Origin: an uncultured delta proteobacterium
Lineage (GTDB): Bacteria > Desulfobacterota > BSN033 > UBA1163
Direction of reading: 5' to 3'
Assembly (NCBI GenBank): GCA_963708295.1
Contig: CAVPSJ010000020.1
Coordinates: 32,001-96,000, forward strand
DNA: 64,000 nt
Made by a program: the position numbers and the translations under genes. The notes under the pieces are model-generated. The model did no database searches, had not been told where the DNA came from, and worked only from the letters and a program-made list of their open reading frames with translations. Of this stretch, positions 51,885-60,655 are shown piece by piece; position 1 is the first letter of the stretch, and the number at the start of each line of letters is the position of its first letter.

Positions 51885-54442
51885 TCATTCCATCCTCAAC
51901 GATTCCACCATGTTCATTCTGGCAGCCCGCCGGGACGGGATGAGCCCGGCACCGATCGACGTGACCATAACCACCAGCCAGGACTCGATCAAACTCCAGA
52001 TGGGAACGGAGAACTGGATGGTCCATCCAAAGGACTGTTTGTTAATGACATAAACGAGAAGGACGGAAAGGAGAAACCCGCAGACGAGGCCGAAAATATG
52101 GCTGAAAAAGCCAATCATCCCTGCTTCGATCAGCGTGGTTTTCTCGATCTGTCTGCGGAAGGCACCCACTGCCCGGATGATCCCGATATCCCGCTGCCTT
52201 TCGATGATCAGCGCATTCAAGGAGTTAATAATTCCAAGAATGGCCACGATCATAGCGATAAATTCCAGCGCATAGGTAATCGCAAAGGTCTGGTCAAAGA
52301 TCTTCAGAACCTCTTTCCGCAACTCCCGGTGGGAAACCACAAAGAGACGATAAGGTTTGGAGTATCTTTCCCGGATCATCTCCTTGAAGGCCTCCTGGGA
52401 GACCCCTTCTTGGAGATAGATTCCGGCGCTGTGAAGCGTCTCATCGTTCCACAGCGATTGAAAGATTTTTTTCTCCAGCAGGATCATTCCCCAATCTGAA
52501 GAATAATCGTAGAAGACTCCGGAGATCAGAAACTCTTTTTCCCCTTGGGGGGTGTTGACCTTTATCCGGTCTCCGGCCTTCACGTGATGCCTGAGTGAGA
52601 AACTCTCGGTGACGAGAATGGCCCGGCCGGCGGCAAACTGCCGGAGAATGGCCCGAGGATTCCCTTGTGTGAAGCGGATCACCTTCAAGTTGAGAAATAC
52701 CTCTCCATCGACAGATGCGATCAGGGCGGGCTGGCCTTGATATTCGACTTCCAATGCCCTGAAGGGATCAACAGCCTTCACTCCGGGAAGAGAAGGCAAG
52801 GCCCTGGAGACCTCCAGGGGGAGGAGGGCGGAGTACCCTGTGATGGAGTAGGAGCCCGGGAAGATGAACACGTCCCCGTTGATCGATTGTTCCACCCAGA
52901 GATCCACCGTCTTCCGGAAGCTCAGGATCATGATCGAGATGCTGATCAGCATCGAGAGGGCGGTCATCAATGCGGCAATCGTGATCACGGTCCTGGCCAT
53001 CGAATCATGGATATATCGACTCGCCAGTTTTCCTTCGGGACCAAAGAGGAAACGGAGAGCCGGAGCCATCAGACGGTTCAGGAGATGGGTGGCAGAAGGG
53101 ATCAGGAAGGAGACCCCTACGACAATGAGAAGTGCAGCCATGAAGCCCAAGATGGGCCGGTGAGCGATGGGTTTCTGGAGGGCAAAAATGAGCGAAAGGA
53201 TGAGAAGACCCATCCCGATGAGATTGAAACGCCCGGTACGAGTTTTTACTTTCTTTTCGAGGGTTCCCAGCGCCAGGGCCTCCGTGGGGGCGATCCCTGA
53301 GGCTTCCCTGGCGGGGCCGATCGAGGAGAGAACCGAAGCAAGCACTCCCATTCCAAAGCCTGCCATTAACACGGACGGAGAGATCAAGAGATGTTCTGCC
53401 TTGACCAGAATATAGAGAGCCGTAATCGTTCTTGAGACGAGATAAAGCATGGCCTTTGCCAACCCTATCCCGATTCCTATCCCGAACAGACTTCCCAAAC
53501 ATCCGATCCATGCCGCTTCACTGATGAAAAGACCGAGGACCTGGGGTCGGGTCAGACCGATGCTTCGAAGAATTCCAACCTCCCGCCTCCTCTGAATGAT
53601 CGAGATGGAGATGGCGTTATAGATCAAGAACATTCCCACAATGAGAGAGATAAAGCTGAGGGCAGTCAGGTTGAGGTGAAAAGCCGAAACCATTTTTTCG
53701 ATTTGACCGCTCCGGGTATCGGACCGGCGAATCTCGACTCCGGGAGGGATTACTTTTTTCAGGTCTCTCTCGATCGTGTCCGCCGCCATGGATTTGTCTA
53801 CCATCAGGTCAATCCGGTCGATGAGGCCGACCTTCTCCAGGGCTTCCTGAGCGGAGGCGATGTCGATGAGGCCGAAATTTCCTTCCAGCGATTTGGCAGG
53901 CCCCTCCATCTTTAGAAGATGGGTGATGGTAAAGGGTACCTTTTTTGATCCTACGATGAGATGGATTGGCCCTCCTTTTTCAACCCGTGCCGGCTGGCCA
54001 GTTTTTCGGTGATGGCAATGGAATTTGGCGTTTTCAAAAAGAGGAGGTCCGACGCATCCGTTTCGTAGAATTGATATTCCCTGAAGGGCCGATCACTAAA
54101 GACGTCAACGCCGAGGAGATAGAGGGGTTCTCCGATGGGCTCATCGATTTTGGAGACATATTGAATGACGGGTGTGGCGGCCTTGACTCCGCGAACGCTT
54201 TTTACCTTGAGGTAGACGTCTTCAGAAAAGCCCCTCCCAAAGGAGGTAACCTGGAAATTGGCTTTCCCCGAGACATGATCGACGGAGGCGTTGAAGGATT
54301 CGATGGCCGTGTAAATGGCCGTCTGGACACTGACGAAAACAGCCACTCCCAGGGCGATTCCTATTATGGACAGGAGGGTTCTGCCTTTATGGTGACGGAG
54401 ATGGCGGAGAGTGATATTCTTGAGGAGGTGAAAGAGGACCAT
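51885..54442 (-). CDS. FtsX/MacB-like ABC permease (AttF/G-type); frameshift near 53965
   Basis: RTLLSIIGIALGVAV; two FtsX repeats RRREVGILRSIG and RQRDIGIIRAVG. Confidence 0.85.
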
Positions 54443-54448
54443 ATAGAA

Positions 54449-54620
54449 AAATCCGAAATACGAATATCTAAATCCGAAACAAATCCAAATTCTCAAATTT
54501 CCAATGTTCTAAACTTTTTTCAGCGATCTGTTTTAAGTTTTGAATCTTGGTCATTCGGTATTGTTTCTAATTGATCGCTAATGCGATGCTTCGCCCGGAT
54601 TTCGTGCTTCGATATTCATA
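54449..54620. repeat. Heptamer-periodic imperfect inverted repeat (AAATCCG/AAATACG)
   Basis: AAATCCGAAATACGAATATCTAAATCCGAAACAAAT and complementary arm ATTTCGTGCTTCGATATT. Confidence 0.65.
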
Positions 54621-54629
54621 AAGTTGTGG

Positions 54630-55310
54630 TTACTCCGTCAGAAGTTTGCCGTCGCGCATTTGGATCACCCGATCGGCCGCGGACGCTCCTTCCAGGCTGT
54701 GAGTGACGAGGACAATCGTCTTTCCACGCTCGTCCCGCAATCGCGCCAGAATCTCCAAAACCTGCTTTCCCGAGGCCGAATCGAGATTCCCCGTGGGCTC
54801 ATCCGCGAGGATCATTTCGGGATCGTTGATTAAGGCCCGGCAGATGGCCACCCGTTGCATCTCTCCGCCGGAGAGTTCGTGGGGATGATGATAGCGTCTG
54901 TCCGAAAGGCCGATTTCTTCAAGGAGGCGTTCCATTTGAGCCGGCGGAGGGTTGGAGCCTTCCCGCAGCAGATAGGGGAGGGCGATGTTCTCTTCGAGGT
55001 TCAGAATGGGCAGGAGGTTGAAGAATTGGAAGATGATCCCTACGCGGTCCCGCCGAAACAGAGTCAGCTTCCGGTCGTCCATCCGGGAGATGTCCTCCCC
55101 TTGGATCATCACGGAGCCTTGGTCCGGGGAATCGAGCCCTCCAAGGATATTAATCAGGGTGGACTTCCCGCACCCGCTTTTGCCTGTAATGGCTATAAAT
55201 CCTCCTTTGGGGAGGTTTAAGTTGACATGGTCCAGGGCAATCACCGGGTTTTCCCCCGGGTGATAAATCTTTGTGACCTCCCTCAATTCGATGAAATGAT
55301 CTTCTGCCAT
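54630..55310 (-). CDS. ABC transporter ATPase (LolD/MacB-like)
   Basis: GKSGCGKST, LSGGEMQRVA, ADEPTGNLD. Confidence 0.93.
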   Translation of the reverse strand: MAEDHFIELREVTKIYHPGENPVIALDHVNLNLPKGGFIAITGKSGCGKSTLINILGGLDSPDQGSVMIQGEDISRMDDRKLTLFRRDRVGIIFQFFNLLPILNLEENIALPYLLREGSNPPPAQMERLLEEIGLSDRRYHHPHELSGGEMQRVAICRALINDPEMILADEPTGNLDSASGKQVLEILARLRDERGKTIVLVTHSLEGASAADRVIQMRDGKLLTE

Positions 55311-55468
55311 GATCAAGAAGAACAGAGATTAAATTCTCTCCGACCCTTTCTATATATCGGGGGGAATAATAAATTGTCAACTCATCAGCGGGATTTCGCC
55401 CGCCGTCGATCGATAAAGATGGGACCCATAACTAATTCGCATTGACGACCGATCGAGGGAGGGGTGAG

Positions 55469-56380
55469 TCAATCTTCAAAGCAGGCTTTCGGCACGCTGG
55501 AGAGGTCTAATCCATCGTAGAATCTTTCAATTTCGATTGAAAGTTCCTTGATCTTTCTTAATAAGGGTTCGGGAATGAGAAGAGTTGCTTGAGCCACCTC
55601 CTCTTCATAGAGGTTGTGTCTGAGATATTCGGGTTCGCTCTTGCCGAACCATATCTCTGCCTCCCACGATTTTTGATTGAAAAATTCGGTCTTGAAATGC
55701 TTCTCACTCAGCCCGAACGGGCTCCCGGGGGAGATAAAGGTCAGTACTCCGTGATTGGACGCGGGCCTGGCAGCGAGATTGGCATACATGCACATAAATT
55801 CTCCTCCGAAGGCAACCGAGCGAACTGACAGACTCCGTCCGTTGATTTTGCTTTCGACATATTCTTGAAGAAGGTAAGGGTTCGATGCAAGATTCAATTT
55901 CCAAACAGAGGAAGGCTCGTTGACGATCTGCAAATCCCTTCCTCCTCTTCCTACCCGCCGCTTCAAAATCACCTTCTGCTTTCTTCCGATGAAACGGCCA
56001 ACCCCGGCCGTATCTTCCGGGTTAAAGATCATCGTCTCCGGCATGGGGGCAATGGCCTTAAGCAACTGGTATTGATTCCACTTGTCCTCCAACCTCAATC
56101 CAGGATGAAAGGTGTTCGGGAAGGGTCCCATACCGTCCATCCAGATCTTGAAAGGTTTTAGGCTGCTGATAAAGGGAAGGGAATGAAGGTAGTCTTTGAA
56201 GGTCTTTCCATAAACTTTTTGAGAAGTCGATTCGATTCGCTGGAAGATATCCGAGGGTTTCCCAAAATGGACCGCATGGGTAAGATGATATTCATGAGCC
56301 CCGCCGGGAAGGCCGACATTCACCTCCGCCAGGTAGAGCATCAACTCAGGAGTGATCAGAAAGTCAATTCCGAGATACAT
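55469..56380 (-). CDS. Circularly permuted ATP-grasp protein
   Basis: N-terminal GIDFL..YLAEVN..PGG precedes EDKW..PMPET, VILKRRVGRGG and YLLQEYV. Confidence 0.7.
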   Translation of the reverse strand: MYLGIDFLITPELMLYLAEVNVGLPGGAHEYHLTHAVHFGKPSDIFQRIESTSQKVYGKTFKDYLHSLPFISSLKPFKIWMDGMGPFPNTFHPGLRLEDKWNQYQLLKAIAPMPETMIFNPEDTAGVGRFIGRKQKVILKRRVGRGGRDLQIVNEPSSVWKLNLASNPYLLQEYVESKINGRSLSVRSVAFGGEFMCMYANLAARPASNHGVLTFISPGSPFGLSEKHFKTEFFNQKSWEAEIWFGKSEPEYLRHNLYEEEVAQATLLIPEPLLRKIKELSIEIERFYDGLDLSSVPKACFED

Positions 56381-56434
56381 GCCACACAAAAAAAACAGGT
56401 CATCGATTCACCCGACCTGTTCTCTTGAGTTAAG

Positions 56435-56527
56435 GTCATTGCGAGGAGTAAAACGACGAAGCAATCTCATCGCTTAGCGGGTGAGATTGCCGCGCTCTCC
56501 CGCTCAGGCGGGATCGCTCGCAATGAC
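56435..56527. repeat. RPE/REP-like cruciform repeat GTCATTGCGAG...CTCGCAATGAC
   Basis: 11-bp terminal IR, internal GCAATCTCA/TGAGATTGC arm, nested TCCCGC..GCGGGA. Confidence 0.8.
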
Positions 56528-56568
56528 AACCTGGACCCATTGGATGCATTTTTCCCATAGGGCAAGAG

Positions 56569-56597
56569 GGGCCCCCTCCCTTCCTGGGAAGGGGCCC
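56569..56597 (-). terminator. GC-rich stem-loop just 3' of the peptide gene (terminator or mRNA stabiliser)
   Basis: Minus strand GGGCCCCTTCCC-AGGAA-GGGAGGGGGCCC, 12-bp stem with one G-U pair; weak U-tract. Confidence 0.55.
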
Positions 56598-56607
56598 GAT
56601 GAATGAC

Positions 56608-56670
56608 TTAACAAGATGCTTTGCATTTGCAAAGGCCGGAGAACTTCTTGGCCACCTTCTTGATGGTCAT
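56608..56670 (-). CDS. Putative RiPP precursor peptide MTIKKVAKKFSGLCKCKASC (20 aa)
   Basis: Manual translation; SD GGAGGTG 6 nt upstream; ATG 1 nt after the rSAM stop; followed by a hairpin. Confidence 0.75.
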   Translation of the reverse strand: MTIKKVAKKFSGLCKCKASC

Positions 56671-56671
56671 A

Positions 56672-57838
56672 TCATTCACCTCCCTTCAGAACCCCTCTCG
56701 CAAAACATTGAAAGAGATCGGGTTGCAAAAGATTGCTTTCAACTTTGGCCCTATAGCGGCACCCCCCTCTGCACTCTTCAATCACGTCGCATTTGCAGAC
56801 AAGGTCTTTTAATGAGATGCGAAGGATGCGGACCCAACAAGTTCGAAGTCCTTCTTCGATAGATCCCGTCGGTTCTTGACTAAAGAGACCACACTTACAG
56901 ACGGCTCCGTTCGCCATTATAGCACAAAGGTGAGCGCCGCAAGTAGAATTTCTTGTTGAACCGTGAAATCCGCCTCCAAACCCGTAAGCAAGAAAATGGC
57001 CGGCTTCAGAAGGAGACACGTGAAGGTCCTGGTTTTCTTTCAGTCTTCCCTCAACACAGGGAACATCCACATTCCATTCCTCAATTCGTTTTGATTGAAG
57101 AAGGGAGGCCAGCCGGTCGAACTCCGACAGATTTCGCCGGTGAATCATCGTCGCCACGGAAACCCGTATGTTGGCTTCTTGCAGATGGTTAACGGCGGTG
57201 ATGGCTTTTTCGAAGGTTCCTCTTCCTCGCAGCGAATCGTGACCTTCTTTCATACCATCGAGACTGATCTGGACCTCATGAACACGGAGCTTTTTGGCGA
57301 CTTCTCTGGAGATCAATGTGCCGTTGGAGAGGAGAACCGATCGAAATGGATAGTCTCGAAGAATCTCGTTTAATTGCCAAAAATGAGGGTGAAGCAAAGG
57401 CTCCCCTCCGGACAGAAGGAGTCTCAGCCCTTGGATCTCTTCAAATTGGTCCAATACTTTTTCGATCTGTTTCCTTGAGAGATCCTGATGAGAACCTTCC
57501 CCGATGTAACAGTGGCGGCACCGGAGGTTACACCGGTTGGTGATCTGGAGCTCAAGATACCGTAAGGAAGGAGCCGGGGAAGGATTCGAAACGATCTTTC
57601 TTTGGGAAGGGGCTTCCGAGAAGGCGATTAAGTTTTCGTCGAGGCAAAATCGGATGAATTCTTCATCTTCCTGCCGTACAGGAGGACTTTCACCCCGGCA
57701 GATGCGGAGAAGAAATTGATACCCATCCTCGTTCAGTTCATAAAGTTCGTCTTTTTCGATATCGTAGAGGTAGCGTTCTTCGAGATTTTTAAGAACAGCG
57801 TGAGGGGAAAGGGTGATGACCCTATTCTCGAAGGGCAT
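56672..57838 (-). CDS. Radical SAM/SPASM enzyme with N-terminal RRE/PqqD-like extension
   Basis: CNLRCRHC, SGGEPLLH, QISLDG; SPASM CGAH..AVCKC..CKC..ECRGGCRYRA..C; N-terminal YLYD..ELYELN. Confidence 0.9.
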   Translation of the reverse strand: MPFENRVITLSPHAVLKNLEERYLYDIEKDELYELNEDGYQFLLRICRGESPPVRQEDEEFIRFCLDENLIAFSEAPSQRKIVSNPSPAPSLRYLELQITNRCNLRCRHCYIGEGSHQDLSRKQIEKVLDQFEEIQGLRLLLSGGEPLLHPHFWQLNEILRDYPFRSVLLSNGTLISREVAKKLRVHEVQISLDGMKEGHDSLRGRGTFEKAITAVNHLQEANIRVSVATMIHRRNLSEFDRLASLLQSKRIEEWNVDVPCVEGRLKENQDLHVSPSEAGHFLAYGFGGGFHGSTRNSTCGAHLCAIMANGAVCKCGLFSQEPTGSIEEGLRTCWVRILRISLKDLVCKCDVIEECRGGCRYRAKVESNLLQPDLFQCFARGVLKGGE

Positions 57839-57986
57839 CGGAGATCTCCTCGGAGGTGAGGATCTTCTTTTCTAAAAGCCGCTTGAGAATTTTGTAGGCG
57901 CCGCATTCCAGGTCCTTGTCGGACTCTTTATAAAAATCGCAATGCTTACAGATCAATTCGGTCAAAGACTCTTTATCTAATTTCAC
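57822..57986 (-). CDS. Small Cys-motif protein (CKHC...ECG), overlapping the rSAM start
   Basis: GTG start with AAAGGA RBS; 54 aa; 17-nt overlap with the rSAM gene. Confidence 0.65.
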   Translation of the reverse strand: MKLDKESLTELICKHCDFYKESDKDLECGAYKILKRLLEKKILTSEEISDALRE

Positions 57987-58087
57987 GAGATTTCCTTTCG
58001 CCAAAATAGTAATCTAAAATGTGCGAGGATTCAACTTGTTTCAGTTTTCCTTCCCTTTGCTCCGAGGTTTGACCTTCAAAAAAAGAC

Positions 58088-58138
58088 TTGACAAGGTGTA
58101 TCTGATTTATTATATTGATCAGTAAAATCTGATTTATT
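58088..58138 (+). promoter_or_regulatory. Sigma70 promoter with 12-bp direct-repeat operator
   Basis: TTGACA-17nt-TATATT; ATCTGATTTATT at 58100 and 58127. Confidence 0.65.
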
Positions 58139-58182
58139 TGAACATTTAAAATTAATGGAAAATCATTCAGGAGGCGAGAAAA

Positions 58183-58461
58183 ATGGTCAAAAAACCTGAA
58201 AAAGGAGCCTGCGCCGAACCTGCCTGCGGGAAAGTGAGTTGTTGCAGGGTGGATGCACTGATCGGCGTCGACGAACGTGGGCAGATGGTCCTTCCCAAAG
58301 AAGTCAGGGATAAAGCCGGTATCCGCACAGGAGACAAGTTGGCGCTTGTGAGCTGGGAGAAGGACGGAAAAGTGTGCTGCTTGACTCTGATTAAGGCCGA
58401 TGAATTCGAAGGGATGGTGAAGGGGCTCCTGGGTCCGATGATGAAGGAAGTGATGGGATAG
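58183..58461 (+). CDS. AbrB-like Cys-rich protein resembling HgcAB-associated HgcC
   Basis: CCRVDALIGVDERGQMVLPKEVR..I..GDKL..VCC. Confidence 0.75.
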   Translation: MVKKPEKGACAEPACGKVSCCRVDALIGVDERGQMVLPKEVRDKAGIRTGDKLALVSWEKDGKVCCLTLIKADEFEGMVKGLLGPMMKEVMG

Positions 58462-58491
58462 TGCTGCTAAATAATGCGGAGGTGGCCGAAC

Positions 58492-59328
58492 ATGGAAAAG
58501 GAAGAAATAAGAAAAGTCGTAAGAGAGGGCTACGGCAAAATCGCGAAACAAGACAGCTCGTGCTGTGCTCCTGAAAAATCCTGTTGCGGGAGCGCAACGT
58601 CAGCGCAGGATATTGGCAGAAAGATAGGATACAGCGAAGCAGAATTGAAAACCGTTCCCGAGGGAGCAAATTTGGGCCTTGGATGCGGCAACCCTATCGC
58701 TCTCGCATTATTAAAAGAAGGGGAAGTGGTTCTCGATCTGGGGTCAGGCGCGGGTTTTGACTGTTTTCTCGCTGCCAACCAGGTGGGTAAGACGGGGAGA
58801 GTCATCGGGGTGGACATGACGGCGGAGATGCTCGACCGGGCAAGAGAGAATGCCCGGAAAGGCAATTATGCCAATGTGGAATTCAGACTGGGAGAGATCG
58901 AGAACTTACCCGTGGCAGACCATCAGGTGGACGTCATTATCTCCAATTGCGTGATCAATCTTTCCCCGAACAAGAAAAGAGTTTTCCGGGAAGCCTTCCG
59001 TGTGCTCAGGCCGGGTGGAAAGTTAATGGTCTCTGACATTGTGCTTCTCAAAGAGCTACCCGCCGAGGTCAAAGATTCCGTGGCCGCCTGCATCGGCTGC
59101 GTGGCGGGAGCCGTGACCAAGAAGGAGTACCTGGAGGCGGTTCAGGCTGCAGGATTTGAGGAGACCAAGATTGTGGGCGAAGCGGCTTTTTCCACGGAGC
59201 TCCTGGTCAGTGATCCGGTAGCCAGAGAGATTGCTAAGAATCTGAACCTGTCCCCGGAAAGAGCCGAGGATCTGGCGAGCTCAGTCGTGAGTATCAAGGT
59301 CTCGGCAACCAAGCCGGCCGTGAGTTAG
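58492..59328 (+). CDS. arsM: Arsenite S-adenosylmethyltransferase
   Basis: NLGLGCGNP, LDLGSGAGFD, IISNCVINL, GCVAGA, N-terminal CC pairs. Confidence 0.88.
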   Translation: MEKEEIRKVVREGYGKIAKQDSSCCAPEKSCCGSATSAQDIGRKIGYSEAELKTVPEGANLGLGCGNPIALALLKEGEVVLDLGSGAGFDCFLAANQVGKTGRVIGVDMTAEMLDRARENARKGNYANVEFRLGEIENLPVADHQVDVIISNCVINLSPNKKRVFREAFRVLRPGGKLMVSDIVLLKELPAEVKDSVAACIGCVAGAVTKKEYLEAVQAAGFEETKIVGEAAFSTELLVSDPVAREIAKNLNLSPERAEDLASSVVSIKVSATKPAVS

Positions 59329-59381
59329 GTCCGTAGCTTTCTTTTGCCTAACGCGCCCCGCCCTGCCTCTCCCCCCCCGAA

Positions 59382-59623
59382 GAGACTGTGTCGTAATCAT
59401 GAAGGAGGGTGGGCTCACGCGGGACAGGCGGTCAGGTTCCTCAGCTTTAGAATGCGGGTCGTTTACGGTTACAGGTCATCGGCCTTCTATGTGACGAAAT
59501 CTTTTCAAGGATTTGGAAGCGTGAAGCTGATCCATAAGAGGTTTCCGCTCTAAAGCTTCGTCACCCGATCGCCTATCCCGCGTGGCGGAAGAAATAGCCT
59601 CTTGTTCATTACGACACAGTCTC
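59382..59623. mobile_element. 242-bp MITE with perfect 16-bp TIRs and GAA target-site duplication
   Basis: GAGACTGTGTCGTAAT / ATTACGACACAGTCTC; GAA at 59379-59381 and 59624-59626. Confidence 0.85.
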
Positions 59624-59752
59624 GAAAGGGGGAAATCGCTGTCCTCCTTTTCTTGAAAGGGACGGGGTCGCTATCCTCGTCTTCCCGAAGAGGATGACGA
59701 TAGGGGACGGACTCTTTTGCACTTATGGACCGACTCATGATTTAGAAAAAGG

Positions 59753-59782
59753 TTGACGGTGCGCAGGGGTTAAATTTATAAT
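59753..59782 (+). promoter_or_regulatory. Putative sigma70 promoter of nifU-nifS
   Basis: TTGACG-18nt-TATAAT. Confidence 0.55.
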
Positions 59783-59812
59783 TACTTATTACAAAGAATT
59801 TGGGGGGCTTCT

Positions 59813-60655
59813 ATGTGGGACTATACAGAAAAGGTAAAAGACCATTTTCTTAATCCAAGAAATGTAGGAGAGATTGAGAATCCGGACGGAGCGGGTGAGG
59901 TCGGGTCGCTGGCCTGCGGCGATGCCCTGAGGCTCTCGTTCAAGCTGGATGAGAAAAAACGGATTAAAGACGCAAAATTTAAAACCTTCGGATGTGCGAG
60001 TGCCATCGCTTCCTCTTCCGCGCTGACGGAGATCATCAAGGGGAAGACGCTTGAGGAAGCCGCCCGGGTGACCAATCAGGATATCGCCGACTACCTGGGA
60101 GGGCTTCCCGAGGAAAAGATGCACTGCTCGGTGATGGGAAGAGAAGCTCTCGAGGCGGCAATTGCCAGCTATCGCGGGGAGAAAGTAAAAAAAGAAGATT
60201 TCGAAGTGATCTGCAACTGCTTCGGTGTGACAGATCGCGAGATCATCAAGGCAGTCCGTGAGAATAATCTGAAAACGGTGGAACAGGTAACCTACTATAC
60301 GAAGGCCGGGGGAGGATGCGGCCAGTGCCATCCCAAGATCGAGGCCATCATCGAAAAAGTGAGAAAGGAAATGGAAAAGGAGGCCCCTCCTCCCAAACCT
60401 GAGAAAAGGAAGCTGACGAACATCCAGAAGATCAAATTGATCGAGGAGACATTGGGGAGGGAGATCATTCCGGCGTTGAAGGCGGATGGAGGGGATCTGG
60501 ATTTAGTCGATATCGAAGGCAATAAAGTCCTGGTCGCCCTGAGGGGAAAATGCTCCTTCTGCCCCAGTTCCGAATTTACGTTGAAACAGTATGTCGAATC
60601 GAAATTGAGAGAGTTTGTCAGCGACGATATTGAAGTGGAGGAGGTCAGGCCGTGA
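59813..60655 (+). CDS. nifU: Three-domain Fe-S scaffold NifU
   Basis: ACGD, FGCASA, MHC; CNC..GGGCGQC; DGGD..CSFC. Confidence 0.93.
   Translation: MWDYTEKVKDHFLNPRNVGEIENPDGAGEVGSLACGDALRLSFKLDEKKRIKDAKFKTFGCASAIASSSALTEIIKGKTLEEAARVTNQDIADYLGGLPEEKMHCSVMGREALEAAIASYRGEKVKKEDFEVICNCFGVTDREIIKAVRENNLKTVEQVTYYTKAGGGCGQCHPKIEAIIEKVRKEMEKEAPPPKPEKRKLTNIQKIKLIEETLGREIIPALKADGGDLDLVDIEGNKVLVALRGKCSFCPSSEFTLKQYVESKLREFVSDDIEVEEVRP

Noticed and set aside
51885-55310. ABC transporter as exporter of the RiPP
   Set aside because: Looks like the AttF/G-type system that normally partners the AttH-like gene; the link to the peptide rests on proximity only
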